From Pseudomonadaceae bacterium (GTDB taxonomy: Bacteria; Pseudomonadota; Alphaproteobacteria; UBA2136; UBA6156), in contig JACKLD010000012.1 in assembly GCA_024236095.1 (NCBI GenBank), forward strand, positions 345,219 to 409,218: a stretch of 64,000 nt of DNA, written 5' to 3'. The notes beneath the pieces were generated by a model that had not been told where the DNA came from, ran no database searches, and saw only the letters and a program-made list of their open reading frames with translations. Below are positions 27,894 through 37,275 of the stretch, one piece after another. Each line of letters opens with the position of its first letter. Position 1 is the stretch's first letter. A program made the position numbers and the translations under genes.

Positions 27894-28658
27894 ATGAACT
27901 GGCACCGCCTTGGCCTCACCCTTTGTATCGCCATCGTGGCGGTGGGCGTGCTGGCACCGTGGCTGGCGCCATACCCGCCCAACGCCCTGCACTTAAACGA
28001 CGTCCTCGCCGCCCCATCCTCCGCCTACTGGCTGGGCACCGATGCCTTGGGCCGCGATGTCTTCTCCCGCCTGGTCTACGGCACCCGCGTCAGTTTGGCG
28101 GTCGGGCTGGTTGCCGTCAGCATCGCCGTGGGGCTGGGCACACTGGTCGGCGCACTGGCGGCCCTGTCGCCCAAGCTGGATGCCCCCCTCATGCGCTTCA
28201 CCGATATCATGCTGTGCTTTCCGGCGATTTTCCTCATTCTTGCGGTCATTGCCATCCTGCAACCCTCACTGATGAACGTGATGATCGTCATCGGCCTCAC
28301 CGGCTGGATGGGCACCGCCCGCCTTGTCCGCGCCGAGCTCCTCTCGCTGCGCAGCCGGCCGTTCATTCACGCCGCCACCATGGCGGGCGTGTCCAAACGC
28401 GGCCTGCTTATCCGCCACCTGCTACCCAACGCGCTGCCCCCCATTCTCACCAGCGCCAGCCTCGGCCTCGCCGCCGCCATCCTTACCGAAGCAGGGCTTT
28501 CCTACCTCGGCCTCGGGGTCCAACCGCCCACCGCCAGTTGGGGCGCCATGCTCTCCGAGGGCAAAAGCGTCATGGAAGCCGCATGGTGGCTCATCACCTT
28601 CCCCGGCCTCGCCATCGTCACCACCGTGCTGGCTTTCACGTTCACTGCCGAACGCTGA
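27894..28658 (+). CDS. ABC transporter permease (DppC/OppC type)
   Basis: ATG at 27894. YWLGTDALGRDVFSRLVYGTRVSL, with EAA loop FIHAATMAGVSKRGLLIRHLLPNAL. Confidence 0.92.
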   Translation: MNWHRLGLTLCIAIVAVGVLAPWLAPYPPNALHLNDVLAAPSSAYWLGTDALGRDVFSRLVYGTRVSLAVGLVAVSIAVGLGTLVGALAALSPKLDAPLMRFTDIMLCFPAIFLILAVIAILQPSLMNVMIVIGLTGWMGTARLVRAELLSLRSRPFIHAATMAGVSKRGLLIRHLLPNALPPILTSASLGLAAAILTEAGLSYLGLGVQPPTASWGAMLSEGKSVMEAAWWLITFPGLAIVTTVLAFTFTAER

Positions 28659-28688
28659 TACCCTAAAGCCCTTCTCATACAAACACAC

Positions 28689-28858
28689 CTGTCGTCATTG
28701 CGAGCCGCAGGCGAAGCAATCTCCCAGCAACACCTCCACCATCCACCCAACCGGAAAACGTCATGCCGGCGAAGGCCGGTATCCACGAAAATATCCAAGC
28801 AGGCCGCCTACCTTCCATACCTTCGAACATACCAACATCGAACATTCAAACATTCGAT
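28689..28858 (+). repeat. Array of REP-like hairpin units ending in an (a/c)acat-rich tail
   Basis: gtcgtcattgcgagccgcaggcgaagcaatc, then cgtcatgccggcgaaggccggtatccacgaaaatatccaagcaggcc..., then ttcgaacataccaacatcgaacattcaaacattcgat. The second unit has a paralog at 30144-30220. Confidence 0.8.
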
Positions 28859-28861
28859 AAC

Positions 28862-29557
28862 CTACCGCCCCGCAACCCGCCCGTCTTTCGCATACTCCGG
28901 CGCCAACGCCACCCACACCTTGGGGTTCAAATAACTCTGGCGCATCACAAACTGATACGGCGTCTTGTGCCAAATCTTCACCCCTTCATGCTTGTTGTCC
29001 AGCACGAAGTCGCCCTGCGCCGTCCGCGCCGTCAACACCGCGTGACCTTCGCCCTTCTCATCCCTCACCACCGTCATCAACAGCGCACTGGCGGGCCACC
29101 CACGCTCCATCAGCATTTTGCGTTTCAGCAACGCATAATCTTCACAGTCGGCAACATCGGTAGGGATGCGCCAATCCTCCGTCACACCACGAGCCTCAAG
29201 GTCGCTCATTCCCTTGAAACCTTTGTTGACCAACTCATTCACGGTCTCCAAGGCCCCCATGTCATGGGCATCCAACCCAACACGCTCCCGCATGGCCGAG
29301 GCCTTGCAAGCCTCTTCTCCTTCGGATGTTTTGCAAAATTCTACAGCCCCATACGGCGCCGTCACCACCTCTCCATATGTCCGCATAAACGGTGAAACAT
29401 CAGGCCGTTCAACAGTTACAGGCTGCGGCTGCGCAATGGCCCGTTCCACCGACCCGCTCCAGCCCTTCAACAGGCCCTTTTCCGCCTGCACCGGTACCCC
29501 CAACAATGCCAGCGCCGACCCCGCCGCCAACACCTTCATCCCGAACATCTGTTTCAT
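28862..29557 (-). CDS. Periplasmic transglutaminase-like cysteine peptidase (BTLCP family)
   Basis: Signal peptide MKVLAAGSALALLGVPVQA. Cys-His-Asp arrangement DCEDYALLKRKML...GEGHAVL...FVLDN. Confidence 0.8.
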   Translation of the reverse strand: MKQMFGMKVLAAGSALALLGVPVQAEKGLLKGWSGSVERAIAQPQPVTVERPDVSPFMRTYGEVVTAPYGAVEFCKTSEGEEACKASAMRERVGLDAHDMGALETVNELVNKGFKGMSDLEARGVTEDWRIPTDVADCEDYALLKRKMLMERGWPASALLMTVVRDEKGEGHAVLTARTAQGDFVLDNKHEGVKIWHKTPYQFVMRQSYLNPKVWVALAPEYAKDGRVAGR

Positions 29558-29735
29558 GCTCTAAAAGATGGGGCGCCTCCCCCCACCCCGCAAGAGGTAA
29601 AACTAGTGGACCTCAACACACAAAGCCACAACATATTGTGATGGGGTTGTAAAATATCCCCATTCGCCCTACATCTGGGGAACATAACAAACAGGGAGGC
29701 GTCATTCATTTCACACAAACTGAAAGGATGACGCC

Positions 29736-30005
29736 ATGCATATTCACAAAATGCCTCCCGCCGACCGGGTGGCCACTCTCCCAAGCAAAACGGGAGAGGC
29801 GGTGTTGATGGTTTACCATCGCCCCGCACTTGGTCTTGTCAGCGCCTACCTCTTCACCGAGAAAAGCGACGGCAAACATCTCCCCCTCGTTGAGGTGGGA
29901 AAAACCGAGGGTCAAGCCCTCACCAAGTTGGCCACCCACACAGATGCCAAACCGTGGCGTCCCCAACTTCTCAAGGGCGCCACGGAAGATCTTCTGGCAG
30001 GATAA
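29736..30005 (+). CDS. Hypothetical protein (89 aa)
   Basis: ORF divergent from the BTLCP gene. No motif recognised. Confidence 0.4.
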   Translation: MHIHKMPPADRVATLPSKTGEAVLMVYHRPALGLVSAYLFTEKSDGKHLPLVEVGKTEGQALTKLATHTDAKPWRPQLLKGATEDLLAG

Positions 30006-30070
30006 AGGCACAGACACCGACACACAAGGCCCGCCCTCAAGCGGGCCTTGTCATTCACGGCCCACAGGGC

Positions 30071-30220
30071 CGTCATCTCCGCGAAGGCGGAGACCCACGT
30101 TACAAATCAGGCCGTAGGCCTTCGATCACGTACGGGCGTAGCCCGTCATGCCGGCGAAGGCCGGTATCCACGAACACATCCAAGCAGGCCACAGGCCTTC
30201 AACATACTAACATCTAATTA
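30071..30220 (+). repeat. Array of REP-like hairpin units (type X, short hairpin, type Y with tail)
   Basis: cgtcatctccgcgaaggcggagacccacgttacaaatcaggccgtaggccttcg, then acgggc gta gcccgt, then cgtcatgccggcgaaggccggtatccacgaacacatccaagcaggcc...aacatactaacatc. Confidence 0.8.
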
Positions 30221-30227
30221 CTATCAC

Positions 30228-31967
30228 TCACCCCACCATCTGCAACGTCGCCAACGCCTTATAAAGCGGGCTCTTCGCCAACAATTGCCGATGCGTCCCC
30301 TCGGCCACCACCCGCCCCTTGTCCATCACCACAATCTTGTCGGCAGCCCGCACCGTACTCAAACGGTGGGCAATGGTAATCACCGTGCGCCCCTTGCCCG
30401 CCGCCTCCAACGCCTCTTGCACCGCGCGCTCGCTTTCGGCATCCAAATGGCTGGTCGCCTCGTCCAGCAACAAAATCGGCGCATCTACCAACACCGCCCG
30501 CGCAATCGCCAACCGCTGACGCTGCCCGCCACTCAGCTGCACGCCCTTCTCGCCCACCGGCGTCTCCAGCCCTTGCGGAAGCGCCCGCACAAAGCCATCC
30601 GCATGGGCCACCTTCAACGCCTTCCATACCTCCTCGTCACTGGCATCGGGCCGCCCGTAGGCCACATTGGCCCGCACCGTGGTGGAAAACACACTGGCCT
30701 CCTGCGCCACCACCGCAATCGCGCGCCGCAGGTCGGCAAACGCCAGCTCGCGTATATCCACACCATCAATCATAATCCGCCCACCCTGAACATCATAAAA
30801 CCGCAACAGCAAACTGAACAACGTACTCTTCCCCGCCCCACTCGGCCCCACCACCGCCACCTTTTCCCCCGCCTTCACCGCAAAATCCACCCCATCCGCC
30901 ACTTTCACTTCTGGCCTGCTGGCATAGGCAAACGCCACCCCCTCAAACACCACCCCCCGTGCTTTCCGCTTGGGCAAATGCTTGGGCTTTTCGGCTTCCA
31001 ACACCTCGGACTGCTGTCCCAAAACTTCCATAATCCGCGACATGGCTCCTTGGGCGGTCTGCATGGCTGGCCAAAAATTCGCCAAATTACTTACCCCATC
31101 TCCCAAAAAGGCCAAATAGAGCAAAAATGCCATCATCTCCCCCATACTCATCTGCCCCTCAATTACCCGCATTCCACCAAACCAGACCACTGACATGATG
31201 GCAAAGAATCCTAATAGTACAACAGTGCTGAAAAACATCCCCCGCCACAGCGCCATCTGTACCACCATACTCAATCCTTCCTGCAAAACACGCTGCATTT
31301 TTGACATTTCCTGCGCATGATTGCCATACGCACGCACGATCCGAATCCCGTAAACAGCCTCTTCAATTCTTCCAAAAGACTCTCCCGCCTTATCCTGCAC
31401 AAATCGAGATTCCCTTTTCCAGCGCCTTCCGAGCACCATGGAAAGCACGACCAGAAAAGGGAGCGCCACGCTCAACAGCAGCGTCAGCTGGACATCCGTC
31501 ACCACCAAAACAGCATAGGCACCAATTGCCAAAAGCAACCCTCGCACCATCATCGGCAAACCGGTTTCAATGAACTCACGCACCACAATCACATCCGACG
31601 ATGAGCGCGCGATAATATCCCCAGCCGATTTACGCTCGAAAAACGCGATATCCAAGCCTAGAATCTTGCCAAACATCCGCCCTACCAGCCCCCATGAAAT
31701 CCCATGAGTCGCCTGCTTCAAGACATATGACCGCACAAACACCCCCGCCACCAACACCAGCACCATCCCCCCCGCTTCCACCATCAACCAGTTCAACGCC
31801 ACCAAATCACCATTCACTATCGCCGCATCAAACACCTTCTTCAAATACTGCGGAATCACCAACATACACGCCGTCGTCACCAACATCGCCGCCACGCCGA
31901 TGGCCAAACGCCCCCAATAAGGCCGCACCAACTCCAACAAAAACGAGGTCGTCGCCGAAAGTTTCAT
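30228..31967 (-). CDS. ABC transporter, fused permease/ATP-binding protein (MsbA-like exporter)
   Basis: 579 aa with six N-terminal hydrophobic segments, Walker A GPSGAGKST, signature LSGGQRQR and Walker B ILLLDEATS. Confidence 0.92.
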   Translation of the reverse strand: MKLSATTSFLLELVRPYWGRLAIGVAAMLVTTACMLVIPQYLKKVFDAAIVNGDLVALNWLMVEAGGMVLVLVAGVFVRSYVLKQATHGISWGLVGRMFGKILGLDIAFFERKSAGDIIARSSSDVIVVREFIETGLPMMVRGLLLAIGAYAVLVVTDVQLTLLLSVALPFLVVLSMVLGRRWKRESRFVQDKAGESFGRIEEAVYGIRIVRAYGNHAQEMSKMQRVLQEGLSMVVQMALWRGMFFSTVVLLGFFAIMSVVWFGGMRVIEGQMSMGEMMAFLLYLAFLGDGVSNLANFWPAMQTAQGAMSRIMEVLGQQSEVLEAEKPKHLPKRKARGVVFEGVAFAYASRPEVKVADGVDFAVKAGEKVAVVGPSGAGKSTLFSLLLRFYDVQGGRIMIDGVDIRELAFADLRRAIAVVAQEASVFSTTVRANVAYGRPDASDEEVWKALKVAHADGFVRALPQGLETPVGEKGVQLSGGQRQRLAIARAVLVDAPILLLDEATSHLDAESERAVQEALEAAGKGRTVITIAHRLSTVRAADKIVVMDKGRVVAEGTHRQLLAKSPLYKALATLQMVG

Positions 31968-31976
31968 GCCGCCGTT

Positions 31977-32456
31977 TTACCCCTCCGCCGCCGCTTCGTC
32001 CAGCGCGCGCTTGGCCTCATCCAGACTGAACCCCTTCCGCACCAGCGCCGCCAAGGCTTTCTGCCGTTGCTTGAAGCGTGCTTCGGCATCCTCCACCTTC
32101 CCCGCCAACTTGCGCCGCGCCAATGCCACCGCGCCGTCCTGCAAATCAATCCCTTCCTCGGCCAACGCCCCCCGCGCCGCCGCAATATCGTCTTCCCCCA
32201 CACCGGCCATTTTCAACTCTTGCACAATCCGCCCCCACCCCCACTTGCTTTGCAAGGCCCGATACCGCACCCGCGCCACCGCATAGCGCGCATTGTCTAC
32301 ATAGCCATCCGCCTGCAACGCCTCCACCACCTGCCGCACCTCGGCCAGCCCAAACCCTTTCTGTCGCAGCTTGCGCCCCAGTTCACCAACCGAATGCTCC
32401 CGCCGCGCCAGCGCTCCCAGCGCGGTTTCCTTACATGTCGCGGGCTGGCGGGGCAT
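31977..32456 (-). CDS. recX: Recombination regulator RecX
   Basis: ALGALARREHSVGELGRKLRQKGF...YVDNARYA, located directly downstream of recA. Confidence 0.85.
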   Translation of the reverse strand: MPRQPATCKETALGALARREHSVGELGRKLRQKGFGLAEVRQVVEALQADGYVDNARYAVARVRYRALQSKWGWGRIVQELKMAGVGEDDIAAARGALAEEGIDLQDGAVALARRKLAGKVEDAEARFKQRQKALAALVRKGFSLDEAKRALDEAAAEG

Positions 32457-32470
32457 TTCTCCCCGCCTCC

Positions 32471-33526
32471 TTAGGCCGCTTCGTCCTGTTCACCGGCAAC
32501 TTCGGGCAGCCCGCCTTTGCCACGGATATCCGCCTCAATCGCCTTCATCACTTCGGGATGCTCGCGTAAGTACGTCTTGGCGTTCTCGCGGCCTTGGCCG
32601 ATGCGGTCGCCCTTGTAGCTGAACCACGCCCCGGCCTTTTCAATCACCCCGCGCGCCACACCGATGTCCACCACTTCCCCGGTGCGGGAAATCCCCTCGC
32701 CGTACATGATGTCGAAAATCGCTTCGCGGAACGGCGGCGCCACCTTGTTCTTCACTACCTTCACCCGCGTGGTGTTGCCCACAATCTCGTCCTTGTCCTT
32801 GATCGCCCCGGTGCGGCGGATATCCAACCGCACACTGGAATAAAACTTCAACGCGTTCCCGCCGGTGGTGGTTTCGGGGTTGCCGAACATCACGCCGATC
32901 TTCATGCGGATCTGGTTGATGAAAATCACCATGCATTTGCTCTTGTGCACCGTACCGGTCAGCTTGCGCAGCGCTTGGCTCATCAGACGCGCATGCAGCC
33001 CCACGTGACTGTCGCCCATATCGCCTTCAATTTCGGCCTTGGGGGTCAACGCGGCCACACTGTCCACCACCACCACATCCACAGCACCGCTGCGCACCAG
33101 TTGGTCGGTAATTTCCAGCGCCTGCTCGCCGTTGTCGGGCTGGCTCACCAGCAAACTTCCCAAATCAACCCCCAGCTTGCGCGCATAGTCGGTATCCAGC
33201 GCATGCTCGGCGTCAATGAAGGCACAGGTCCCACCCGCCTTCTGCGCTTCGGCAATCACCTGCAAGGTCAGCGTGGTCTTCCCGCTGCTTTCCGGGCCGT
33301 AAATCTCCACAATCCGTCCTTTCGGCAAACCGCCCACCCCCAGCGCCATGTCAAGGCTCAGGCTGCCGGTGGAAATCACCTCCACACTCTTGTCCACCGC
33401 GTCACCGGAAAGGTTCAGCACACTGCCCTTGCCGAACTGCTGCTCAATGTTCTTCAGCGCGGCTTCCAAAGCCTTTTTCTTGGCGTCGCTCATATCCGTC
33501 ATCCTTCTCTTCGTTGTCTTGGACAC
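32471..33526 (-). CDS. recA: Recombinase A
   Basis: [19 protein letters not shown], Walker [10 protein letters not shown] and canonical loops. The start may be the internal Met at 33493. Confidence 0.98.
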   Translation of the reverse strand: MSKTTKRRMTDMSDAKKKALEAALKNIEQQFGKGSVLNLSGDAVDKSVEVISTGSLSLDMALGVGGLPKGRIVEIYGPESSGKTTLTLQVIAEAQKAGGTCAFIDAEHALDTDYARKLGVDLGSLLVSQPDNGEQALEITDQLVRSGAVDVVVVDSVAALTPKAEIEGDMGDSHVGLHARLMSQALRKLTGTVHKSKCMVIFINQIRMKIGVMFGNPETTTGGNALKFYSSVRLDIRRTGAIKDKDEIVGNTTRVKVVKNKVAPPFREAIFDIMYGEGISRTGEVVDIGVARGVIEKAGAWFSYKGDRIGQGRENAKTYLREHPEVMKAIEADIRGKGGLPEVAGEQDEAA

Positions 33527-33694
33527 ACCCTAGCCGAACCCCGCCCCCAACGCAATATAGATTTTTGTACAATTATTCACTTTTTGCCGAACATGCCCGT
33601 TTTCCAAGCACTCCTGCATATTCATACAGACTTTTAACCCACCCCGGCTTACACTCCCCGCATACAATAGCCATACACATCAAGGAGCCCCGCC

Positions 33695-34129
33695 ATGCGC
33701 CATGCCCTCGCCCTTCTCGCCTCCTTTGCAGCCCTGCCCGCCCATGCCGCCAATGTCTATTGGTATCAGGCCCCCCACGGTACCGTCGAGGTCTACGAGC
33801 AACGCCTCACCCGCTACGAAGCCCCGCCCGTCGGCTGGCGCAGCGCCTCCATCTGGACACCCGACCGCCACCACGGCTGGATGCCCGACACCGTCCCGCC
33901 CTTCTATCGCAGCAACACGACCCAAAGCCACACGGGCGGCCCGGTCACCGTCTACACCCGCACCATCCGCCATGTTTATACCAACGATGACAGCTGGAAC
34001 ACCGCCCGTTTCTGGAACGATTACTACGCCGAAAACACCTCCCCCCCTACACGCAATCCTGCCCCCCGCATCAAAGCCAAACGCAAGCCTGTCAACCTCG
34101 ACACCACCAACCTGCCATACTGCAAATAG
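33695..34129 (+). CDS. Hypothetical secreted protein (144 aa)
   Basis: Signal peptide MRHALALLASFAALPAHA. No family recognised. Confidence 0.5.
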   Translation: MRHALALLASFAALPAHAANVYWYQAPHGTVEVYEQRLTRYEAPPVGWRSASIWTPDRHHGWMPDTVPPFYRSNTTQSHTGGPVTVYTRTIRHVYTNDDSWNTARFWNDYYAENTSPPTRNPAPRIKAKRKPVNLDTTNLPYCK

Positions 34130-34132
34130 ACC

Positions 34133-34849
34133 TTACTCCACCAACCGCCGGATAAACGACAACTGCCGCCCTGCCGTCGGCACCCCCTGATGGGTGTTGC
34201 GGCGATGCGAATGGAAGGTCTCCGGGCTGGCGTAGGTACAGCGGCCAATGTCGTGGAAGTGGATATCCAACACGCCCGAGGAGATGGCCTGATGACGCAC
34301 CAGCGCGGGGATATCCAAGGTACAAGACCCCGTGCCCGCAGGACGCACAAACCGCTCGCCGAAACGGGCGACAAAGGTGCCATCCACCTCGTAATTGGCG
34401 GCATGGACACAAGGCCCTAGCGCCACATGCAAGTCTTCCGGCAAGAGATCGAAGGCGGTGCAAAGGGTGTCGATGGTTGCGGGAAGAATGCCATTCTCCA
34501 ACCCGCGCCAGCCCGCATGCACCGCCGCCACCGCGTTTGGGCTGGAGATAAGCACGGGGGCGCAATCGGCGGTCTTGACCGCCAGCCAGAGTTCGGAATG
34601 GTCGGTAAACAGGGCGTCGCAATCTTCCAACACGCCGCTGGTTTCCGCATAGGCGATGCGGGGGCCGTGGGTTTGGCGCATATGGGCAATGGGGCCCAAG
34701 CGCTCAGTATGGCGGCGGATGGCGGCATCGGCGGTTGGGGTATCGTCCCGCGTGCCGAAAATGTGTTGGGCGTGGGGCAACGGTTTGTTGACGGTCAAAA
34801 AACCGTTGGGGGGGAGCGGAGCCAGTTCCATATGTACCATGGTTGCCAT
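34133..34849 (-). CDS. pgeF: Purine nucleoside phosphorylase / polyphenol oxidase YfiH (PgeF) family
   Basis: KTADCAPVLI, AAVHAGWRG and CTYASPETFHSHRR. Start taken at Met67 of the track ORF. Confidence 0.85.
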   Translation of the reverse strand: MATMVHMELAPLPPNGFLTVNKPLPHAQHIFGTRDDTPTADAAIRRHTERLGPIAHMRQTHGPRIAYAETSGVLEDCDALFTDHSELWLAVKTADCAPVLISSPNAVAAVHAGWRGLENGILPATIDTLCTAFDLLPEDLHVALGPCVHAANYEVDGTFVARFGERFVRPAGTGSCTLDIPALVRHQAISSGVLDIHFHDIGRCTYASPETFHSHRRNTHQGVPTAGRQLSFIRRLVE

Positions 34850-34940
34850 GATATGAAGCCGCCCCCCCGCATGACCAGTGCGCTGCGGGATTTGAAACAG
34901 GGGGGTGTGGCGTGGAACTGCCTGCCGAAAAGGCAGGATG

Positions 34941-35930
34941 TTAAGGAAGGTATTCCAATACCTTGAACAGACTCCCCATCTCGTTGGGGTGCAAAAGGCG
35001 GTGCAGACTGCCCTGTGTTTCGGCAGAGGTGATACTTGCTTCGGCAAGGTTCAAGAGCCCGTGCTGCATCAGAAAGGGGGTGAGATCGGTGAGGCTACAA
35101 TGGTTGGTGCCAAGCATAGCCGCAACATGGTCAAAATTGACGTGGGCGGTGAGGTCGGTTTCTCCCGGCAGGTGCAGGGGAGAAACCTGCGTATGGCGGT
35201 GAACCGCCTGCAACGTGCTGCCACCAGCCGCTTGGGCGGCGCCATAATCAACCAACAGCGCTGCCTGAAGGCCCGGCAAAGCCCTCAGCCCCTGCAGCCA
35301 TGCGGTCTGGGCGGGGCTGTCCTCGGCAGTCACGGAGTCTTCCGGATGAGAGAAAGCCAAACGCCCTTCCCGCAGCAACACCCCGCGTTCCTCCTCTCCG
35401 CAGAACTGGCGGATGGGGAAGGCATCGAGGAGCTCGTTGGCGATGACGCATGTTGGAATGTTGGAAGGTTCGATGTTCGATGTTCGAATGTCGGTGCTCC
35501 AGTGGCATTGGGGAAAGGGTTGGAGGGTTTGTTGTTGGAGGGCTGTGAGGGTGGGGGAGGTTTCCACCAACCATGGCTGGCAGACGGCGTAACAGGCGGG
35601 GTGGGCGGTGTGCAGGTGGGAGAGCAAACTGTGCATCAACGCGCCGTTGCCGGGGCCCGTTTCAATCAGCCGGAGGACGTCGGGTTGGCCGGCCTGCTGC
35701 CATTGCCGCACCACCCAGTTGCCCAGCGTGGCGCCGAACAGCGGGGTGAGCAGCGGCGCGGTGGTGAAATCCAGCCCCTTGGGATGCTCTGGCGAAGTAA
35801 AGTTGAGGCCGCGGGTGTAGTAGCCGTGGGTGGCATCGTACAGGCAAGCGGCCACGTAGGCTTCGACCGTTAGCGGAAGCTGGCAGGCAAGCCATCCCGG
35901 CACGAGGCTAGCGGGCACGGGATGCGACAT
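34941..35930 (-). CDS. SAM-dependent methyltransferase, MidA/NDUFAF7 (DUF185) family
   Basis: ATG at 35930. YYTRG...DFTTAP, ETGPGNGALM and ANELLDAFP. Confidence 0.8.
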   Translation of the reverse strand: MSHPVPASLVPGWLACQLPLTVEAYVAACLYDATHGYYTRGLNFTSPEHPKGLDFTTAPLLTPLFGATLGNWVVRQWQQAGQPDVLRLIETGPGNGALMHSLLSHLHTAHPACYAVCQPWLVETSPTLTALQQQTLQPFPQCHWSTDIRTSNIEPSNIPTCVIANELLDAFPIRQFCGEEERGVLLREGRLAFSHPEDSVTAEDSPAQTAWLQGLRALPGLQAALLVDYGAAQAAGGSTLQAVHRHTQVSPLHLPGETDLTAHVNFDHVAAMLGTNHCSLTDLTPFLMQHGLLNLAEASITSAETQGSLHRLLHPNEMGSLFKVLEYLP

Positions 35931-36708
35931 AAAGGAACACCAACCCCACCACCAACATCGGCAAACTGAGCAATTGGCCTTGGGTGAGTTGCAGGCCCAT
36001 GTAGGTGTGGGTGATTTCCGGCGTGCGGAAGTTTTCCACGAAGATGCGGGCAAGGGCGTAGCCTGTCAGAAACACGCCGCTGGGTTGGTAGCGGGTGATG
36101 CCCTTACGGGTGGTCAGCCAAAGGAGGGCAAAGAGGACGAGGCCTTCCAGCCCGGCCTCATACAGTTGGCTGGGGTGGCGCGGTTGTGGGCCTGCGTGGG
36201 GGAAGACCATCGCCCACGGCAACTCGGGGCTGGTCACGCGCCCCCACAGCTCGCCGTTGATGAAGTTGGCAATGCGCCCGAAAAACAGGCCGATGGGCAG
36301 CACCGGCGTGATGCGGTCGGCGAGGTCGAGCGGATGGATGCGGTGTTTCCACGCCACCCAGAACATCGCCAGCACCACGCCGATGACGCCGCCGTGGAAA
36401 CTCATGCCGCCTTCCCATACGCGGAAGGGGTAGGTGGGGTCGGCGGCCAGCAGGCCGAAGCCGTAGGTTGGCAGGGCGTAAAACAACACGTAGCCGAGAC
36501 GGCCACCCAGCACCACGCCGAGAATGATGGCGAGGAAGGCGTTTTCCATGGTGTCCGGCGAAAGGTTGCGGGCGGGGTGCCGGCTGGCCAAGCGCTTGGC
36601 CAGCCACAAGCCGCCCAGCATGCCCGCCACATAGGCAAGACCATACCAGCGCACCGCCACCGGGCCGAGTTGGAGGGCAATGGGGGAGATGTCGGGGAAC
36701 GGAATCAT
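35908..36708 (-). CDS. lgt: Prolipoprotein diacylglyceryl transferase
   Basis: VRWYGLAYVAG, GGRLGYVL, GRIANFINGELWG and HPSQLYEA. Confidence 0.93.
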   Translation of the reverse strand: MIPFPDISPIALQLGPVAVRWYGLAYVAGMLGGLWLAKRLASRHPARNLSPDTMENAFLAIILGVVLGGRLGYVLFYALPTYGFGLLAADPTYPFRVWEGGMSFHGGVIGVVLAMFWVAWKHRIHPLDLADRITPVLPIGLFFGRIANFINGELWGRVTSPELPWAMVFPHAGPQPRHPSQLYEAGLEGLVLFALLWLTTRKGITRYQPSGVFLTGYALARIFVENFRTPEITHTYMGLQLTQGQLLSLPMLVVGLVFLYVASRAR

Positions 36709-36749
36709 GCCCGCGATGCTAAAGCTATCGGCAGCGGTGCGCAAGGCGC

Positions 36750-36778
36750 TTGACAGGCTTTGCCATCCCGTTTATTCA
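36750..36778 (+). promoter_or_regulatory. Candidate sigma70 promoter for the tRNA-Ile/tRNA-Ala pair
   Basis: TTGACA (36750-36755), a 17-nt spacer, then TATTCA (36773-36778), about 15 nt before the tRNA 5' end. Confidence 0.45.
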
Positions 36779-36792
36779 CGGCGGTGCACTTG

Positions 36793-36869
36793 GGGCCTAT
36801 AGCTCAGTTGGTTAGAGCACTGTGTTGATAACGCAGGGGTCGGTGGTTCGAGTCCACCTGGGCCCACCA
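36793..36869 (+). tRNA. tRNA-Ile (anticodon GAU)
   Basis: Hand-folded cloverleaf: acceptor GGGCCTA/TGGGCCC, D arm GCTC-AGTTGGTTA-GAGC, anticodon arm CTGTG-TTGATAA-CGCAG, T arm GGTGG-TTCGAGT-CCACC, encoded CCA. Confidence 0.9.
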
Positions 36870-36912
36870 TTTTCCTTACGTTTTGGTGAAGACAGGTGCG
36901 GCTTGTTACGTT

Positions 36913-36988
36913 GGGCCTATAGCTCAGTTGGTAGAGCGCGTCGTTCGCAATGACGAGGTCAGCGGTTCGAATCCGCTTAGGTCCACCA
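36913..36988 (+). tRNA. tRNA-Ala (anticodon CGC)
   Basis: Acceptor GGGCCTA/TAGGTCC gives the G3:U70 alanine identity pair. Anticodon arm CGTCG-TTCGCAA-TGACG, T arm AGCGG-TTCGAAT-CCGCT, encoded CCA. Confidence 0.9.
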
Positions 36989-36996
36989 GTTTATTT
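36970..36996 (+). repeat. Left direct repeat (attL core): last 19 nt of tRNA-Ala plus 8 nt downstream
   Basis: aatccgcttaggtccaccagtttattt is identical to 61152-61178. Confidence 0.9.
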
Positions 36997-37026
36997 TTCG
37001 AACCTATCGCATACCGCCTGAAAGCC

Positions 37027-37047
37027 CCCGCAAATGCGGGATTTTTT
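37027..37047 (+). terminator. Rho-independent terminator downstream of tRNA-Ala (island-borne)
   Basis: cccgc aaat gcggg followed by atttttt. Confidence 0.7.
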
Positions 37048-37275
37048 GTGCCTTCTGAGAGCTGATATAAGCCCCAAACCTCTCCAAGTAAGTCTTTTCT
37101 CTCTGAGATGAGGACAAGATAAATCGGCAGCCTTTTTATATTCAATGAGTTGTACGGTTCAAGTTCGTCTTTCAAACCGCCACCCAAACTTTTGTACAAA
37201 CCGTTTCGTCGGTTTGCGGCGGCTTCGCAAAGCTATGGGGATGAAGGCGGAAAACCGCCTGAAACAGGAGGTCCC

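Noticed and set aside
28689-30220. The clustered hairpin repeats, considered as a possible CRISPR array.
   Set aside because: The units differ in sequence and length. There are no regularly sized unique spacers, no leader and no cas genes. They match REP-type units found singly elsewhere in the window.
33527-33694. A search for a LexA/SOS box upstream of recA.
   Set aside because: I found no convincing GAAC-N7-GAAC, CTGT-N8-ACAG or GAAC-N4-GTTC match by eye. The nearest candidate (gaacatgcccgtttt) fails the second half-site.
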